A DNA stretch of 64,000 nt from Endomicrobiia bacterium (GCA_039630545.1 JBCNUU010000004.1:1-64000), one strand, 5' to 3'. Numbered from the stretch's first letter, positions 18,317 to 29,131 are shown. Notes: a model not told the origin generated them from the sequence alone. Numbers and translations are program-made.

Positions 18317-19195
18317 TCAACATGACTCATTCTTTAAGACTTTAACCATTAAACATCTTGGTAATTTTTGATAATCAAGGATTATTTTTTCTATTTTATA
18401 GAAATCGTTATTGAACGCTTTAGAGATTTCAGAACATAACGCTGGATTGATTTCTAAAAGCAAATATCCACCTTTCTTTACTATTTTTTTCGCCTGATTG
18501 CTGAAATATTCATAAAATTCCATACCCCTTTCTACAACTAAAGCATGTTTAGGTTCATAGTAAATTTCCGGTTGAAGTTTTGTGTATTCTTTATAGGTAA
18601 CATAAGGAGGGTTACATGTTATTAAATCTAATTTTATTTTGTTTTTTAAAAAATATTCTAGTTTATCTGTCAGAATAAATTTTATTTTACCTTTCAGATT
18701 ATAAACCTCAGAATTCTTTATAGCTACATCTAAAGCACTTTTGTAGAAATCAGTTGCATATACATTTTCAACTTTTGATAAATCTACGTTTTTAAGAATA
18801 CTTATCACTATATTTCCACTTCCAGTACACACATCAGCAAATGTTTTAATATTTTTAGTTTTTATTAAAGAAATAGCCTCTTCCACAAGAAATTCTGTTT
18901 CTGGACGAGGAATTAATACCCTACTATCCACATAAAACTTTAATCCAAAAAATTCTTTTTCTTTAAATATATATTCTGCTGGGACATAATTAATACGGAG
19001 AGCAAAATTTCTAAATATTTTTTTTATTAAATCTGCTGAAAGTTTTTTTTCAGGAAAACAGTAGATAAAAGATCTGTCAATTTTTAAGGTTTTTGAAATG
19101 ATAACTTCTGTTTCTATCCCTGGAGAAGAGAATTTTTTTTTTGAAAACTGTTGAAAGAGAAAGTTATATAATTCTTTTAAAGAATACTCTTTCAC
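18317..19195 (-). CDS. prmC: Release factor glutamine methyltransferase
   Basis: VLIPRPETE, DVCTGSG, NPPY; follows prfA. Confidence 0.95.
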   Translation of the reverse strand: MKEYSLKELYNFLFQQFSKKKFSSPGIETEVIISKTLKIDRSFIYCFPEKKLSADLIKKIFRNFALRINYVPAEYIFKEKEFFGLKFYVDSRVLIPRPETEFLVEEAISLIKTKNIKTFADVCTGSGNIVISILKNVDLSKVENVYATDFYKSALDVAIKNSEVYNLKGKIKFILTDKLEYFLKNKIKLDLITCNPPYVTYKEYTKLQPEIYYEPKHALVVERGMEFYEYFSNQAKKIVKKGGYLLLEINPALCSEISKAFNNDFYKIEKIILDYQKLPRCLMVKVLKNESC

Positions 19196-20286
19196 TTAAG
19201 AATATTATCAATTTGCTCAATTTTTTCGTTTAAATCTGCCTGTATCAGTGCATTTATAATTTCATCAAGTTCTCCATCCAATACTTCTTGCAGATTATAA
19301 ACTGTTAAATTTATTCTATGATCTGTAACGCGATTTTGAGGAAAATTATAAGTCCTTATCTTTTCAGACCTATCTCCACTTTTAACTTGTGATTTTCTTA
19401 AAGATGCAAGCTGTTGCTGCTGTTGTTGAATTTTCATCTCATACAGTTTAGCTCTAAGAATCTTCATAGCACGCTCACGATTTCTTATCTGAGAACGCTC
19501 ATCCTGGCATTGCACAACCAATCCTGTAGGTTTGTGTTTTATTCTTACAGCGGAATCTGTTTTCTGCAGATGTTGTCCTCCGTGACCGGACGCTCTAAAA
19601 GTTTCAACTTCTATATCTTCTGGTTTTATTTCAACATCCACCTCTTCTGCCTCAGGTAAAACAGCCACAGTAGCAGCTGAAGTGTGGATCCTACCAGAAG
19701 CTTCTGTTATAGGTACTCTTTGAACTCTATGAACACCACTTTCATATTGAAGATATTTGTATACATCTTTCCCTGAAACATAACATATAACTTCCTTTAT
19801 TCCTTTAAGTCCTGTTTGATTTATGTCTAATATTTCCAGCTTCCAATTTTTTTTGACACAATATCGCGAGTACATCCTGAATAAATCAAAGGCAAATAAA
19901 GCTGCTTCTTCGCCTCCAGTCCCTGCTCTAATTTCTAAAATTACATTTTTTTTAATCTCAGGCGTAGAAGGAATAAAAAATTCTATTAATTTATTTTCCA
20001 GATCTTTTATTGTTTTGTTTATTTTATCTATTTCTTCTTTTATTAAGCTTCTGTATTCCGAATCCTGTGTAGAAACCATTTCTTTTTCCAAATTTTCAAT
20101 TTCTAAATAATTTTTTTTTAGTGAATAATAGATTTTCACGATCTCATTTACTCTATCATATTCTAATATTGTTTCCTTATAGAGTTGAGGATTGTTTATA
20201 ATACTACTATCTGAAAGCTTTTCTTCCAGTAACCGTTTCTGACTTATAAGTTTCTCACAATTTCTAATTATGCTTTCTTTAAGCAT
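19192..20286 (-). CDS. prfA: Peptide chain release factor 1
   Basis: EIRAGTGGEEAALF, PxT motif (RVPITE), GGQ, RTYNFPQNRVTDHR. Confidence 0.97.
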   Translation of the reverse strand: MLKESIIRNCEKLISQKRLLEEKLSDSSIINNPQLYKETILEYDRVNEIVKIYYSLKKNYLEIENLEKEMVSTQDSEYRSLIKEEIDKINKTIKDLENKLIEFFIPSTPEIKKNVILEIRAGTGGEEAALFAFDLFRMYSRYCVKKNWKLEILDINQTGLKGIKEVICYVSGKDVYKYLQYESGVHRVQRVPITEASGRIHTSAATVAVLPEAEEVDVEIKPEDIEVETFRASGHGGQHLQKTDSAVRIKHKPTGLVVQCQDERSQIRNRERAMKILRAKLYEMKIQQQQQQLASLRKSQVKSGDRSEKIRTYNFPQNRVTDHRINLTVYNLQEVLDGELDEIINALIQADLNEKIEQIDNILK

Positions 20287-20293
20287 ACAATTA

Positions 20294-20599
20294 TTATTTT
20301 TTCTTTTTAGCTGCTAATTTTGTAGAAAGCTTCTTTTCTTTTATAACTTTTTCGGATTTTATTTTCTCCTTTACTTTTTTAGTTCTTTTGGTTGGTGTAA
20401 ACTTTTCACCATATTTTTTCACAAATTTATCAACTCTTCCTGCTGTATCTACAAATTTTTGTTTTCCACTAAAAAATGGATGACAATTACCACAAACCTC
20501 AAGTTTTATTTCTGGTTTTGTAGAACGTGTTTTAAAAGTATATCCACAGGCACAGCTAACAATACACTCTACATATTTTGGATGAATTCCTTCTTTCAT
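20294..20599 (-). CDS. rpmE: 50S ribosomal protein L31 (zinc-binding type, Lys-rich C-terminal extension)
   Basis: [13 protein letters not shown]...[14 protein letters not shown]. Confidence 0.96.
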   Translation of the reverse strand: MKEGIHPKYVECIVSCACGYTFKTRSTKPEIKLEVCGNCHPFFSGKQKFVDTAGRVDKFVKKYGEKFTPTKRTKKVKEKIKSEKVIKEKKLSTKLAAKKKK

Positions 20600-20709
20600 A
20601 CATTATTTTCTCCTGTTTTAATTAGATTTTAAAAATTGAAGTTTTATATATAAAAATAAAATTCATTTTGCAAGTAAATTTAATGGATTTATTTATGCGT
20701 TAGTGGTTT

Positions 20710-21597
20710 CTAGAATAAAACTTTTTTAGGATTAATAGGTATTCCATTTTTTCTGATCTCAAAGTGCAAGTGGGGACCCGTTGTCCAACCGGTATCGCCA
20801 ACATTGCCTATTATTTGCCCTTTATAAACCCAGCTTCCAACTTTTACTTTTATTTTGGAGAGATGTCCATAGTAAGTAGTATAACCTTTATGATGTTTCA
20901 AAATAACTAACTTACCATATCCCTCAGCCCAACCAGCAAATATTACTTTTCCATCACAAGCAGCCCTTACAGGTGCACCGTATTTTTGTTTTAAATCTAT
21001 ACCTTCATGATATTTTAACACCCCGAATATTGGATGTGTTCTTAGGCCAAATCCTGAGGTAACTTTTGTGTTAAACATAGGAAGCATAAAATCTTTAAAT
21101 TTTATGTATTTATTTGGTAAAAAAATCCATTCATTTTTATTTAACTGCGAAAATGGTGTTAAATTATTTGCTAAACATAGTTCCTCTACTGATTTGTTAA
21201 ATTTTTTAGATAATTGAAATATGGTAACTTTTTCTTTTGTTTTATAAAGCATTCCTTTTTTGTTATGGATCACTAGAATTTTTCCAGGATACAAAAGTCC
21301 TAAAGCTTCAATATAATTGGTACTTCTAATAGAAGCAACATCTGTGCCAAAATTCTGCGCCAAACTATAAAGAGTATCATTGGTTGAATATTTTACTGTT
21401 GTAATCACTAATGGTTTTATATTCTTTATAATTTGATATCTTATTTTGTCTATATATGGCTCTGTGACAGGATTATTAAAGTTAAATAAATATAAGTTCA
21501 AATCATACATAATGTTTAAGGTAGGTTTAGAACTATAATTTTTTTTACAACTTAAAATAAATATAAAAATTAAAAAAATAATTAGAAACTTACTCAT
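20710..21597 (-). CDS. LysM/M23 family peptidoglycan metallopeptidase, probable lipoprotein
   Basis: Lipobox-like ILSC, LysM-like repeats, HEGID and GPHLHFE zinc motifs. Confidence 0.88.
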   Translation of the reverse strand: MSKFLIIFLIFIFILSCKKNYSSKPTLNIMYDLNLYLFNFNNPVTEPYIDKIRYQIIKNIKPLVITTVKYSTNDTLYSLAQNFGTDVASIRSTNYIEALGLLYPGKILVIHNKKGMLYKTKEKVTIFQLSKKFNKSVEELCLANNLTPFSQLNKNEWIFLPNKYIKFKDFMLPMFNTKVTSGFGLRTHPIFGVLKYHEGIDLKQKYGAPVRAACDGKVIFAGWAEGYGKLVILKHHKGYTTYYGHLSKIKVKVGSWVYKGQIIGNVGDTGWTTGPHLHFEIRKNGIPINPKKVLF

Positions 21598-22453
21598 TTG
21601 TTTTTATATAATCAATTATTTTTTTAACTAACCACATAGGAGTTGAAGAACCTGAAACAACTCCTATTTTATGGTATAAAGAGAAATCTATTTTCGACAA
21701 ATCATCTATAACATCTATTAAGAAGGTATTTTTGTTATATGTTTCTGCAACTTCTTTTAATTTTTTTGTATTAGCAGAACTTTTGCTTCCAATTACTAGT
21801 ACCAAATCCGCTTTCTTGGCAATTTCTTCTGTATCTTTTTCTCTTAAAATTGTTTCTTTACAAATGGTATCTAAAATTTTAATTTTTTTATATTTTCTTT
21901 TTAGTATCTCTGCAATTTTTTTAAAATTTTTTTGCTGTTTTGTGGTCTGTGACATTAACACAAAGTTATTACCATTATTAAAACTAATTTTTTCAATCTC
22001 CTCTTCAGAATCTATTACTTTATAATTAGTTTTACTGTTAATATAAGAAACCAGTGCTTTTATCTCAGGATGAGTAATAGTTCCATAAATTATCAAATTA
22101 AAACCTCTGTTAGAAAAATCTTCTGCTATTGTCAGGTTTCTCTTAACTATAGGACATGTACCATCAATAAGAGTTATTTTTTTTTCTTTTTTTAATTCAT
22201 CATAAAAATGTTTTTCTATGCCATGTGTTCTTATTATCAAAGTTATATCTTCGGTCAAATCTTTTAGCTGATTGATATCAGAAATTACATTCAATCCCAT
22301 AATTTTTAATCTTTCCATTTCCTGGAAATTATGTAAAAGCTCACCAAATGCATAAACTCTTTTTTTTGCATTTAGTTCTTTTTCTACTAATAAAATACAT
22401 CTTTTTATCCCACTACAAAATCCACAATATTTCGAAATCATAATTTCTTTCAT
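21590..22453 (-). CDS. ispH: 4-hydroxy-3-methylbut-2-enyl diphosphate reductase
   Basis: GFCSG, RTHG, DGTCP, SQTT, DTIC, SANT, GSSTP. Confidence 0.95.
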   Translation of the reverse strand: MKEIMISKYCGFCSGIKRCILLVEKELNAKKRVYAFGELLHNFQEMERLKIMGLNVISDINQLKDLTEDITLIIRTHGIEKHFYDELKKEKKITLIDGTCPIVKRNLTIAEDFSNRGFNLIIYGTITHPEIKALVSYINSKTNYKVIDSEEEIEKISFNNGNNFVLMSQTTKQQKNFKKIAEILKRKYKKIKILDTICKETILREKDTEEIAKKADLVLVIGSKSSANTKKLKEVAETYNKNTFLIDVIDDLSKIDFSLYHKIGVVSGSSTPMWLVKKIIDYIKTNE

Positions 22454-22455
22454 TT

Positions 22456-23766
22456 TTATAAACTGTTATAAAGTTGCCAAAAGTTAGGAAAAGAAATATC
22501 TACACAGTCTGCATCCTCTATGATAACTTCTGCATCACATAAACAACCAGCAACCGCCAGGCTCATAGCAATTCTGTGGTCTTTATAGGAATTCAAAGTT
22601 ATTTGAGAATTATCAACCATAAATTTTGTATTACCCATTATTATCATACCATCTTCTTGTTCAATAATCTTTGCACCTAATTTTTGAAGTTCAGTAGTGA
22701 TAGTTCTTATTCTGTCTGACTCTTTAACTCTAAGTTCATGGGCACCTCTTATTTCTGTTACACCATCACATTGAGTAGCAACAACTGCCAAAAGAGGAAT
22801 CTCATCAATCATAGATGGTATGTCTTCCGAAGAAATTTTTATACTTTTTAATCTGCTTGTTTCTACTATTATGTCTGCAACTGGCTCATTGTATAATAGT
22901 TTTGTATTAACAAAATTTATTTTTGCACCCATTTTTATTAATGTATTTATAAACCCTATCCTTGTAGGGTTAACACAAACATTTTTCAATACTAGTTTTG
23001 AATTTGGTAATAAAATGCCCATAGCTATAAAATAACTTGAAGATGAAGGATCATTTGGAATTGTAATTTCAAACGGATCTATTTTTTTTATTCTTCCTTT
23101 TATAGAAACTATATTTTCTTTTTTAACAATCGGAATTTTAAGATATTCCAGCATATTTTCTGTATGATTGCGTGATAAAAATGGCTCTTTATAAATTGTC
23201 TCACCATTAGCGTACATCCCTGCAAATAATACACATGATTTTACCTGAGCAGATGGTATTTTGCTTTCCCAGACTATAGGTTTTAATTTACTGTTACCAT
23301 AAATAGTTAAAGGTAAAAAATTATCTTCTTTAGCTTTTATTTTAGCCCCCATTAAAGTTAAAGGTTCAATTATTCTTTTCATAGGACGTCTTGATAAACT
23401 TTCATCACCTATAATTTCTACTTTTATATCATTACCAGCAACTATTCCCGACAGCAACCTTACAGTTGTCCCAGAATTCCCGGCATCTATAATGTTGTCT
23501 GGCTGTTTTAAACCCTCAATTCCTACACCTTCTATTATTAAGGAATTTCCCATTTCAAAAATTTTTACTCCTAATTCTTTAAAAGCATTTATTGTAGAAA
23601 AGCAATCTTTACTTTTTAAATAATTATTAATTTTAGACCGACCCGATGAAATAGAAGCTAACATTATTGCTCTATGAGTAATTGACTTATCCGGGGCTGT
23701 TTCTATTTCAGCATTTATATGATCTTTTTTGTAAATTTTAATATTAGTCATAGCAGTAAGAATCAC
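22456..23766 (-). CDS. aroA: 3-phosphoshikimate 1-carboxyvinyltransferase (EPSP synthase)
   Basis: DKSITHR, GNSGTT, SAQVKS, KESDR, DHRIAM; start may be ATG 23751. Confidence 0.96.
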   Translation of the reverse strand: MILTAMTNIKIYKKDHINAEIETAPDKSITHRAIMLASISSGRSKINNYLKSKDCFSTINAFKELGVKIFEMGNSLIIEGVGIEGLKQPDNIIDAGNSGTTVRLLSGIVAGNDIKVEIIGDESLSRRPMKRIIEPLTLMGAKIKAKEDNFLPLTIYGNSKLKPIVWESKIPSAQVKSCVLFAGMYANGETIYKEPFLSRNHTENMLEYLKIPIVKKENIVSIKGRIKKIDPFEITIPNDPSSSSYFIAMGILLPNSKLVLKNVCVNPTRIGFINTLIKMGAKINFVNTKLLYNEPVADIIVETSRLKSIKISSEDIPSMIDEIPLLAVVATQCDGVTEIRGAHELRVKESDRIRTITTELQKLGAKIIEQEDGMIIMGNTKFMVDNSQITLNSYKDHRIAMSLAVAGCLCDAEVIIEDADCVDISFPNFWQLYNSL

Positions 23767-24635
23767 TTTTTAGTTTTTACTTTATAAGCCTTCAGAAAAA
23801 TATGATAAAGTTTTTGTTCATCATTGATTGAGTTTTTTACATCATTTAACATTTTAACAAAATTATTTATATCTTTTACTAAAAATCTTCTATTCATGAA
23901 ACAAATCTGTGACCACAAATCAGGACTTGAAGCTGCTATTCTTGTCATGTCTCTGTAGGCTCCAGCTGTAAAGTTTAGATAATCTTTATGTTTAGAGATG
24001 TGATTTACAAGCAAATACGAAACGATATGTAGAAAATGACTTGTGGAAGAAAGTATTTTGTCGTGTTGAAGAGGATCTAGTTTTACTGTTTTTGCTCCTA
24101 ATAATTTCCAGAATGTTTTTATTTTTTTATATGCATCAAAAGATGATAAATTTTTAGAATAACAAATCACGCAAACAGAATTTTTAAATAGATCTTTGTT
24201 AGAAAACTCAAAACCTGTTTTTTCTGAACCTGCTATAGGATGACAACCTACAAAATTAATGTTTTTTTCTTCTCTATATTTTTTAAAAACTTCTGAAACT
24301 TTTTTTATTATTTCATATTTTACCGAACCAACATCAATCACTTTAGCTCCATTTTTCAGATAAGGTAGTATCTTTGCTACGAAACTTGCTATTAATTCTA
24401 CAGGAGTGGAAATTATAACAAGATCTGAGTTTTCTACTGCTTTTTTTAAATCTAAAGTATAACTGTCTATACAACCTTTTTCTTTAGCAAGTTTTAGTCT
24501 TTTTAAGTTTCTTCCAAAACCTGTTATTTTAACATCAAAAAATTTATCCTTCAAAGCTAAACCAATTGAACCTCCTATCAAACCAACCCCTATAATAGTT
24601 ATCTGCTTAATTTCTTTAAGAAGCTCTTTGATCAT
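23763..24635 (-). CDS. tyrA: Prephenate/arogenate dehydrogenase
   Basis: GVGLIGGS, DVGSVK, HPIAGSE, RDMTRIA. Confidence 0.93.
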   Translation of the reverse strand: MIKELLKEIKQITIIGVGLIGGSIGLALKDKFFDVKITGFGRNLKRLKLAKEKGCIDSYTLDLKKAVENSDLVIISTPVELIASFVAKILPYLKNGAKVIDVGSVKYEIIKKVSEVFKKYREEKNINFVGCHPIAGSEKTGFEFSNKDLFKNSVCVICYSKNLSSFDAYKKIKTFWKLLGAKTVKLDPLQHDKILSSTSHFLHIVSYLLVNHISKHKDYLNFTAGAYRDMTRIAASSPDLWSQICFMNRRFLVKDINNFVKMLNDVKNSINDEQKLYHIFLKAYKVKTKK

Positions 24636-24649
24636 GACTTTTCAATTGA

Positions 24650-25666
24650 TTAAATTTCTCTTCCTATCACTGAAGTTATTATTTTTAGTTCTTCCATAAG
24701 AAGTTTAAATTGCGACGGATATATACTTTGAGGGCCATCAGACATGGCTTCTTCTGGTTTGTGGTGAACTTCAATCATCAAACCATCAGCTCCTGCAACA
24801 ACTGCGGCTTTAGCCATTATAGGAACAAAATTTCTTATTCCTATTCCATGGCTCGGATCAACTATTATAGGTAAATGAGATAAACTTTTTACAACTGGTA
24901 TAGCATTTAAATCTAAGGTAAATCTTGTAGAATCTTCAAATGTCCTTATGCCTCTTTCACAAAGTATAACATTATAGTTTCCTTGTGACATTATATATTC
25001 GGCAGACATAAGCCATTCTTTTATAGTGGTAGCCATTCCTCTTTTTAGAACAACAGGTTTTGATATTTTACCTACTTCTTTTAACAAATCAAAATTTTGA
25101 ACATTCCTTGCTCCTATTTGTAAAACATCTACATATTCTGCAACCATTTCTACCTGTTGAACATTCATAACTTCTGAAACAACACCAATATTTAATGATT
25201 TTCTAACTTCTTTTAGATATTCTAAAGCTTCTTTACCTAAACCTTGAAAACTATAAGGAGAAGTTCTTGGTTTAAAAGCACCTCCTCTTAAAAGATCTGC
25301 ACCAGAATTTTTTACTATCTCTGCTATCTTAAAAATTTGCTCTCTCGACTCTACTGCACATGGCCCAGCAATTACTACTATCTTTTTATCGCCTATTTTT
25401 ACTTTTTCGTTTACTTTTACAACAGTATTTTCTTCTTTAAACTCCCTACTTGCTAATTTAAAGGGTTTTTCTATTTCAGACACATGTTCCACACCTTCCA
25501 TAGATTCAAAGATTTCTTTGTATTTCTCCGCCTGTTCTCCTATAAGTCCTATGATTGTTTTTTTAACTCCTTTTGAGATATGAGGCATAAAACCTAATTC
25601 TTTTATTTTATCAATTATATGATTAAATTGTTCTTGAGTTATATCATTTTTTATCACTAAAATCAT
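24650..25666 (-). CDS. aroF: DAHP synthase (type I-beta)
   Basis: IAGPCAVE, GGAFKPRTSPYSFQG, CERGIRTF, DPSH. Confidence 0.95.
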   Translation of the reverse strand: MILVIKNDITQEQFNHIIDKIKELGFMPHISKGVKKTIIGLIGEQAEKYKEIFESMEGVEHVSEIEKPFKLASREFKEENTVVKVNEKVKIGDKKIVVIAGPCAVESREQIFKIAEIVKNSGADLLRGGAFKPRTSPYSFQGLGKEALEYLKEVRKSLNIGVVSEVMNVQQVEMVAEYVDVLQIGARNVQNFDLLKEVGKISKPVVLKRGMATTIKEWLMSAEYIMSQGNYNVILCERGIRTFEDSTRFTLDLNAIPVVKSLSHLPIIVDPSHGIGIRNFVPIMAKAAVVAGADGLMIEVHHKPEEAMSDGPQSIYPSQFKLLMEELKIITSVIGREI

Positions 25667-26793
25667 AACTTTTTCCTTTCTTTCATAATTTTTTCAAGCG
25701 TTCTTATAAAATATACATTTTCTTTATGTGTACCAATAGTAACTCTTATGCAATCAGGAAACCCATATTCATCCATTGCTCTAACTATTATTCCATATTC
25801 TAAAAGCCTTTGAAATACTTGATTTCCTGAATATGGAGAAACATTTATTAAGATAAAGTTAGTAGCTGACGGGATATATTTTAAATTTATTTCTTTTAGT
25901 TTCTCATATAAAAAATTCTTTTCTTTTATCACTAAATTTAAAGAGGACTTTAAGTGCTGTTTATCTTCTAATGCTTTGCATGCAACATACTGAGAAACAA
26001 CAGAAACATTAAAAGGAGGTCTTACTCTATCAAGTTCATAAATTATCTCTTTTCTTGAAATACCAAAACCAACTCTTAATCCTGCAAGGCCGTATATTTT
26101 AGAAAATGTTCGCAAAATCAAAAGGTTAGGATATAACTTTCTTAATTTTAAACTATCAGGATAATCAGGATTTATTTTTGCATATTCATAATAGGCTTCA
26201 TCTACTACTACTATTGGGTAAAGTTTTTTGGTGTTTAAATAATTAAGAAAACTTAACATTTCATGCACAGTATTATAAGTACCCGTCGGATTGTTTGGAT
26301 TTGCTATGAATACTACTTTTGTACTTTTGTTGACTTGTTTTGCCATCGTTTTTAAATCATGAGTATAGTTTTTCATAGGAACACTAATAATTTTACAACC
26401 CATCAGTTCACCAGCCATTTTATAGCGTATAAAAGCATGTTCAGATACTACAATATTGTCTTGTTTAGAAATGTAAGTTTTTGCTACAAGTTCTATAAGT
26501 TCATCAGTCCCTGCTCCTATTATAACTTCTTTTTCAGAAATTTGGAACTCTTTTGCTATTTTTTTCCTCAGAACTAAACTGGAACCTTCTGGATATCTAT
26601 GAAACAGTTTAAATAGATTTTTTAAAACAGGTTTTATTTTTTTTGAACATCCTAAAGGATTTTCATTAGAAGCTAATTTGAAAACATTTTTCAGATTAAA
26701 TTTATTTTTAACTTCCTCTATCGGTCTTCCCGGAATATATGGCTGAAAATTCTTAATTTCTAACCTCGGTTTGGGAATAGTATTATCTTTCAT
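25663..26793 (-). CDS. hisC: Histidinol-phosphate aminotransferase
   Basis: KLASNENP, NPNNPTG, DEAYYE, RTFSKIYGLAGLRVG. Confidence 0.94.
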   Translation of the reverse strand: MKDNTIPKPRLEIKNFQPYIPGRPIEEVKNKFNLKNVFKLASNENPLGCSKKIKPVLKNLFKLFHRYPEGSSLVLRKKIAKEFQISEKEVIIGAGTDELIELVAKTYISKQDNIVVSEHAFIRYKMAGELMGCKIISVPMKNYTHDLKTMAKQVNKSTKVVFIANPNNPTGTYNTVHEMLSFLNYLNTKKLYPIVVVDEAYYEYAKINPDYPDSLKLRKLYPNLLILRTFSKIYGLAGLRVGFGISRKEIIYELDRVRPPFNVSVVSQYVACKALEDKQHLKSSLNLVIKEKNFLYEKLKEINLKYIPSATNFILINVSPYSGNQVFQRLLEYGIIVRAMDEYGFPDCIRVTIGTHKENVYFIRTLEKIMKERKKL

Positions 26794-26801
26794 ATCAATT
26801 T

Positions 26802-27875
26802 TTAATCAGCTTTAGGATAAGAACCTAAAAACTTATAATACATACATAACTTCTCAAGTTCATCTATTGCTTTTTTTACATTTTTATCTTCTATATGTCC
26901 TACAAAATCAACAAAAAATACATACTCCCATGGACGCTGTCTGGAAGGTCTTGATTCAATTTTTGTAAGATTGATTCCATATTTTTTAAATGGTGCCAAT
27001 GCATCATGCAAAATTCCAACTCTATCTTTTAATGAAAACATTATAGATGTTTTATCTTTTCCAGAGTTAGGAATTTTATGTTTACCTATTATAATAAACC
27101 TGGTGTAGTTGTCTTCTAAATCCTGAATGTTTCTTGCTAAAATTTTTAATCCATAAATCTTTGCAGAAATTTCAGAAGCAATTGCTGCAGAATTTTTTTT
27201 ATGAGATATTATCCTTGCTGCTTCTGCTGTTGAACTAACTTCATATATTTTGACATTATGCAGTTTTGTGTTTATAAAACTTTTACATTGTGCAATAGCC
27301 TGTGGATGTGAATAAAGATGTTTTATCTTTTCTATAGAAAACTCCTTAGATATCAAACAATGTGAAATTTTCATGTTTATTTCACCACATATATAAAGAT
27401 CACACTCAAGAAACATATCCAATGTATGTGTTACTATTCCTTCAGTTGTATTTTCTACAGGAACAACTCCAAACTCTGCTTCATCTTTTTCTACACTGTA
27501 AAATACATCATTTATTGTTTCTTTTGAAATATAATAATTTTTATTCCCAAAAATTTTAATTGCAGCAAGATGTGTAAATGTTCCTTCAGGTCCTAAGTAT
27601 GAAATGTAAAATTTTTTTTGTTGATCTCTACATACCTGAATAATTAAAGAAAATATGTCTTTTATATCCGTTTCATCCAGAGGTCCTTGATTTAGTTGTA
27701 TAAGTCTTTTTAATATCTTTTTTTCTCTATCTGGAGAGTAGATACTGTATCCTTTAGTTATTTTTATCAATCCAATTTCTCTTGCAATTTTTGCACGTTG
27801 ATTTAGTAGTTTTAGCAACTTATAATCAATGTTATTAATTTTTTTTCTTAATTTTTCTATCATTTTTTCCTTCAT
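26802..27875 (-). CDS. pheA: Chorismate mutase/prephenate dehydratase
   Basis: N-terminal chorismate mutase domain, LGPEGTFT, NYTRF, ACT domain with IESRP. Confidence 0.95.
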   Translation of the reverse strand: MKEKMIEKLRKKINNIDYKLLKLLNQRAKIAREIGLIKITKGYSIYSPDREKKILKRLIQLNQGPLDETDIKDIFSLIIQVCRDQQKKFYISYLGPEGTFTHLAAIKIFGNKNYYISKETINDVFYSVEKDEAEFGVVPVENTTEGIVTHTLDMFLECDLYICGEINMKISHCLISKEFSIEKIKHLYSHPQAIAQCKSFINTKLHNVKIYEVSSTAEAARIISHKKNSAAIASEISAKIYGLKILARNIQDLEDNYTRFIIIGKHKIPNSGKDKTSIMFSLKDRVGILHDALAPFKKYGINLTKIESRPSRQRPWEYVFFVDFVGHIEDKNVKKAIDELEKLCMYYKFLGSYPKAD

Positions 27876-27907
27876 GAACTTTAAATTTTACAAAAATTAT
27901 ATAAATT

Positions 27908-29027
27908 TTACAATATTTGTTTCTTTTTTATATGTTCAAGATAAGCCTCAATAAAAACATCTATATCACCATCCATCACTGCCTCCACATTTGTAACTTC
28001 TACACCTGTGATATGATCCTTTACAAGTTGATATGGCATAAAAATATAAGATCTTGTCTGTCTTCCCCAGCCTATTTCTCCTTTCTGCATTCTTTCTTTT
28101 TTTCTTTCTAAGTCTTGTTGGTGTTGCCTGAGTTTATATAGCCTTGCTTTTAATATCTTTAAAGCTGTAATTTTATTTTTAAGTTGAGATCTTTCTGTTT
28201 GACATTGAACTGTAATACCTGTTGGAATATGTGTGATTCTAACTGCAGATTCTGTTTTTTGCAAATGTTGACCACCGTGACCGGAAGCACGAAAAGTTTC
28301 TATTTTTAGATCTTTTTCTTCAATCTCTATTTCTTTTTCTTCAACTTCAGCAGCAACATCACAACTTGCAAATGAAGTATGTCTTCTTTTGTTAGCATCA
28401 AAAGGTGAAATACGAACCAACCTATGTACACCCTCTTCTCCTTTAAGTAAACCATAAGCATATTTCCCTTTTACTATAAAGGTAACACTTCTTATACCAG
28501 CCTCTTCTCCTTTGGAAAGATCTACTATTTCAACTTCAAAACCTTTACTATTTGCCCATCTAGTGTACATCCTCAACAACATCTCCACCCAATCACAAGC
28601 CTCCGTGCCACCTGCACCTGCATGAAGTGTAACAATAGCATTACAAACATCGTGAGGTTGATTAAGAAATAGACCAAGCTTTGTTTCTTTTAGTATTTTT
28701 TCAAGTTCATTAATTCTTAAAAAAAACTCAGAATTAAGATAAGGATCTTCAGAATATGAGGAGAGCTCTACAATTGTATCTATTTCAGAAATTAGTAAAT
28801 TTATTTTTTTAAATGTGTCAATATCATTTTTTATCTGTTGAATAGTTTTTACTATTTCTATTCTTTTGTTTTGTAACTCAGGTTTGTTCCATAAGTTAAC
28901 ATCTGAAACTTCGTTTTCTAATTCTTTTAGTTTTTGCTGTTTGTTATGTATGTCAAAGAAATTCTCCTATTTTTTCAGCATCTTCTTTGAATTTTTTGTA
29001 TTTTTCTAATAGATCTAAACTCAACAT
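27908..29027 (-). CDS. prfB: Peptide chain release factor 2, via +1 programmed frameshift (24 codons + 348 codons)
   Basis: ATG 29027 MLSLDLLEKYKKFKEDAEKIGEFL, then CTT TGA C at 28958-28952. The +1 frame continues DIHNKQQKLKELE...HAGAGGTEACDW...SPF...GGQ to the stop at 27908. Confidence 0.95.
28952..28968 (-). promoter_or_regulatory. prfB autoregulatory frameshift site (internal SD + CTT TGA C)
   Basis: Minus strand AGGAGAATTTCTTTGAC. Confidence 0.92.
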
Positions 29028-29039
29028 AAAACCTAAAAA

Positions 29040-29122
29040 TGCCCAGGGCGGGATTTGAACCCGCACGCCTCTACGGCATACGCCCCTCAAACGTACGTGT
29101 CTGCCAATTCCACCACCTGGGC
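29040..29122 (-). tRNA. tRNA-Leu(GAG)
   Basis: GCCCAGGTGGTGGAATTGGCAGACACGTACGTTTGAGGGGCGTATGCCGTAGAGGCGTGCGGGTTCAAATCCCGCCCTGGGCA: long variable arm, anticodon GAG, directly after secG; CCA not encoded. Confidence 0.96.
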
Positions 29123-29131
29123 GAAAATAAA

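Noticed and set aside
19408..19432. Gln run (QQQQQQ) in RF1 as a contingency repeat
   Set aside because: Mixed CAA/CAG codons, short and in frame; not a slippage tract.
27908..28588. Apparently truncated 226-aa RF2 (pseudogene?)
   Set aside because: The full gene is restored by the canonical CTT-TGA-C +1 frameshift, starting at 29027.
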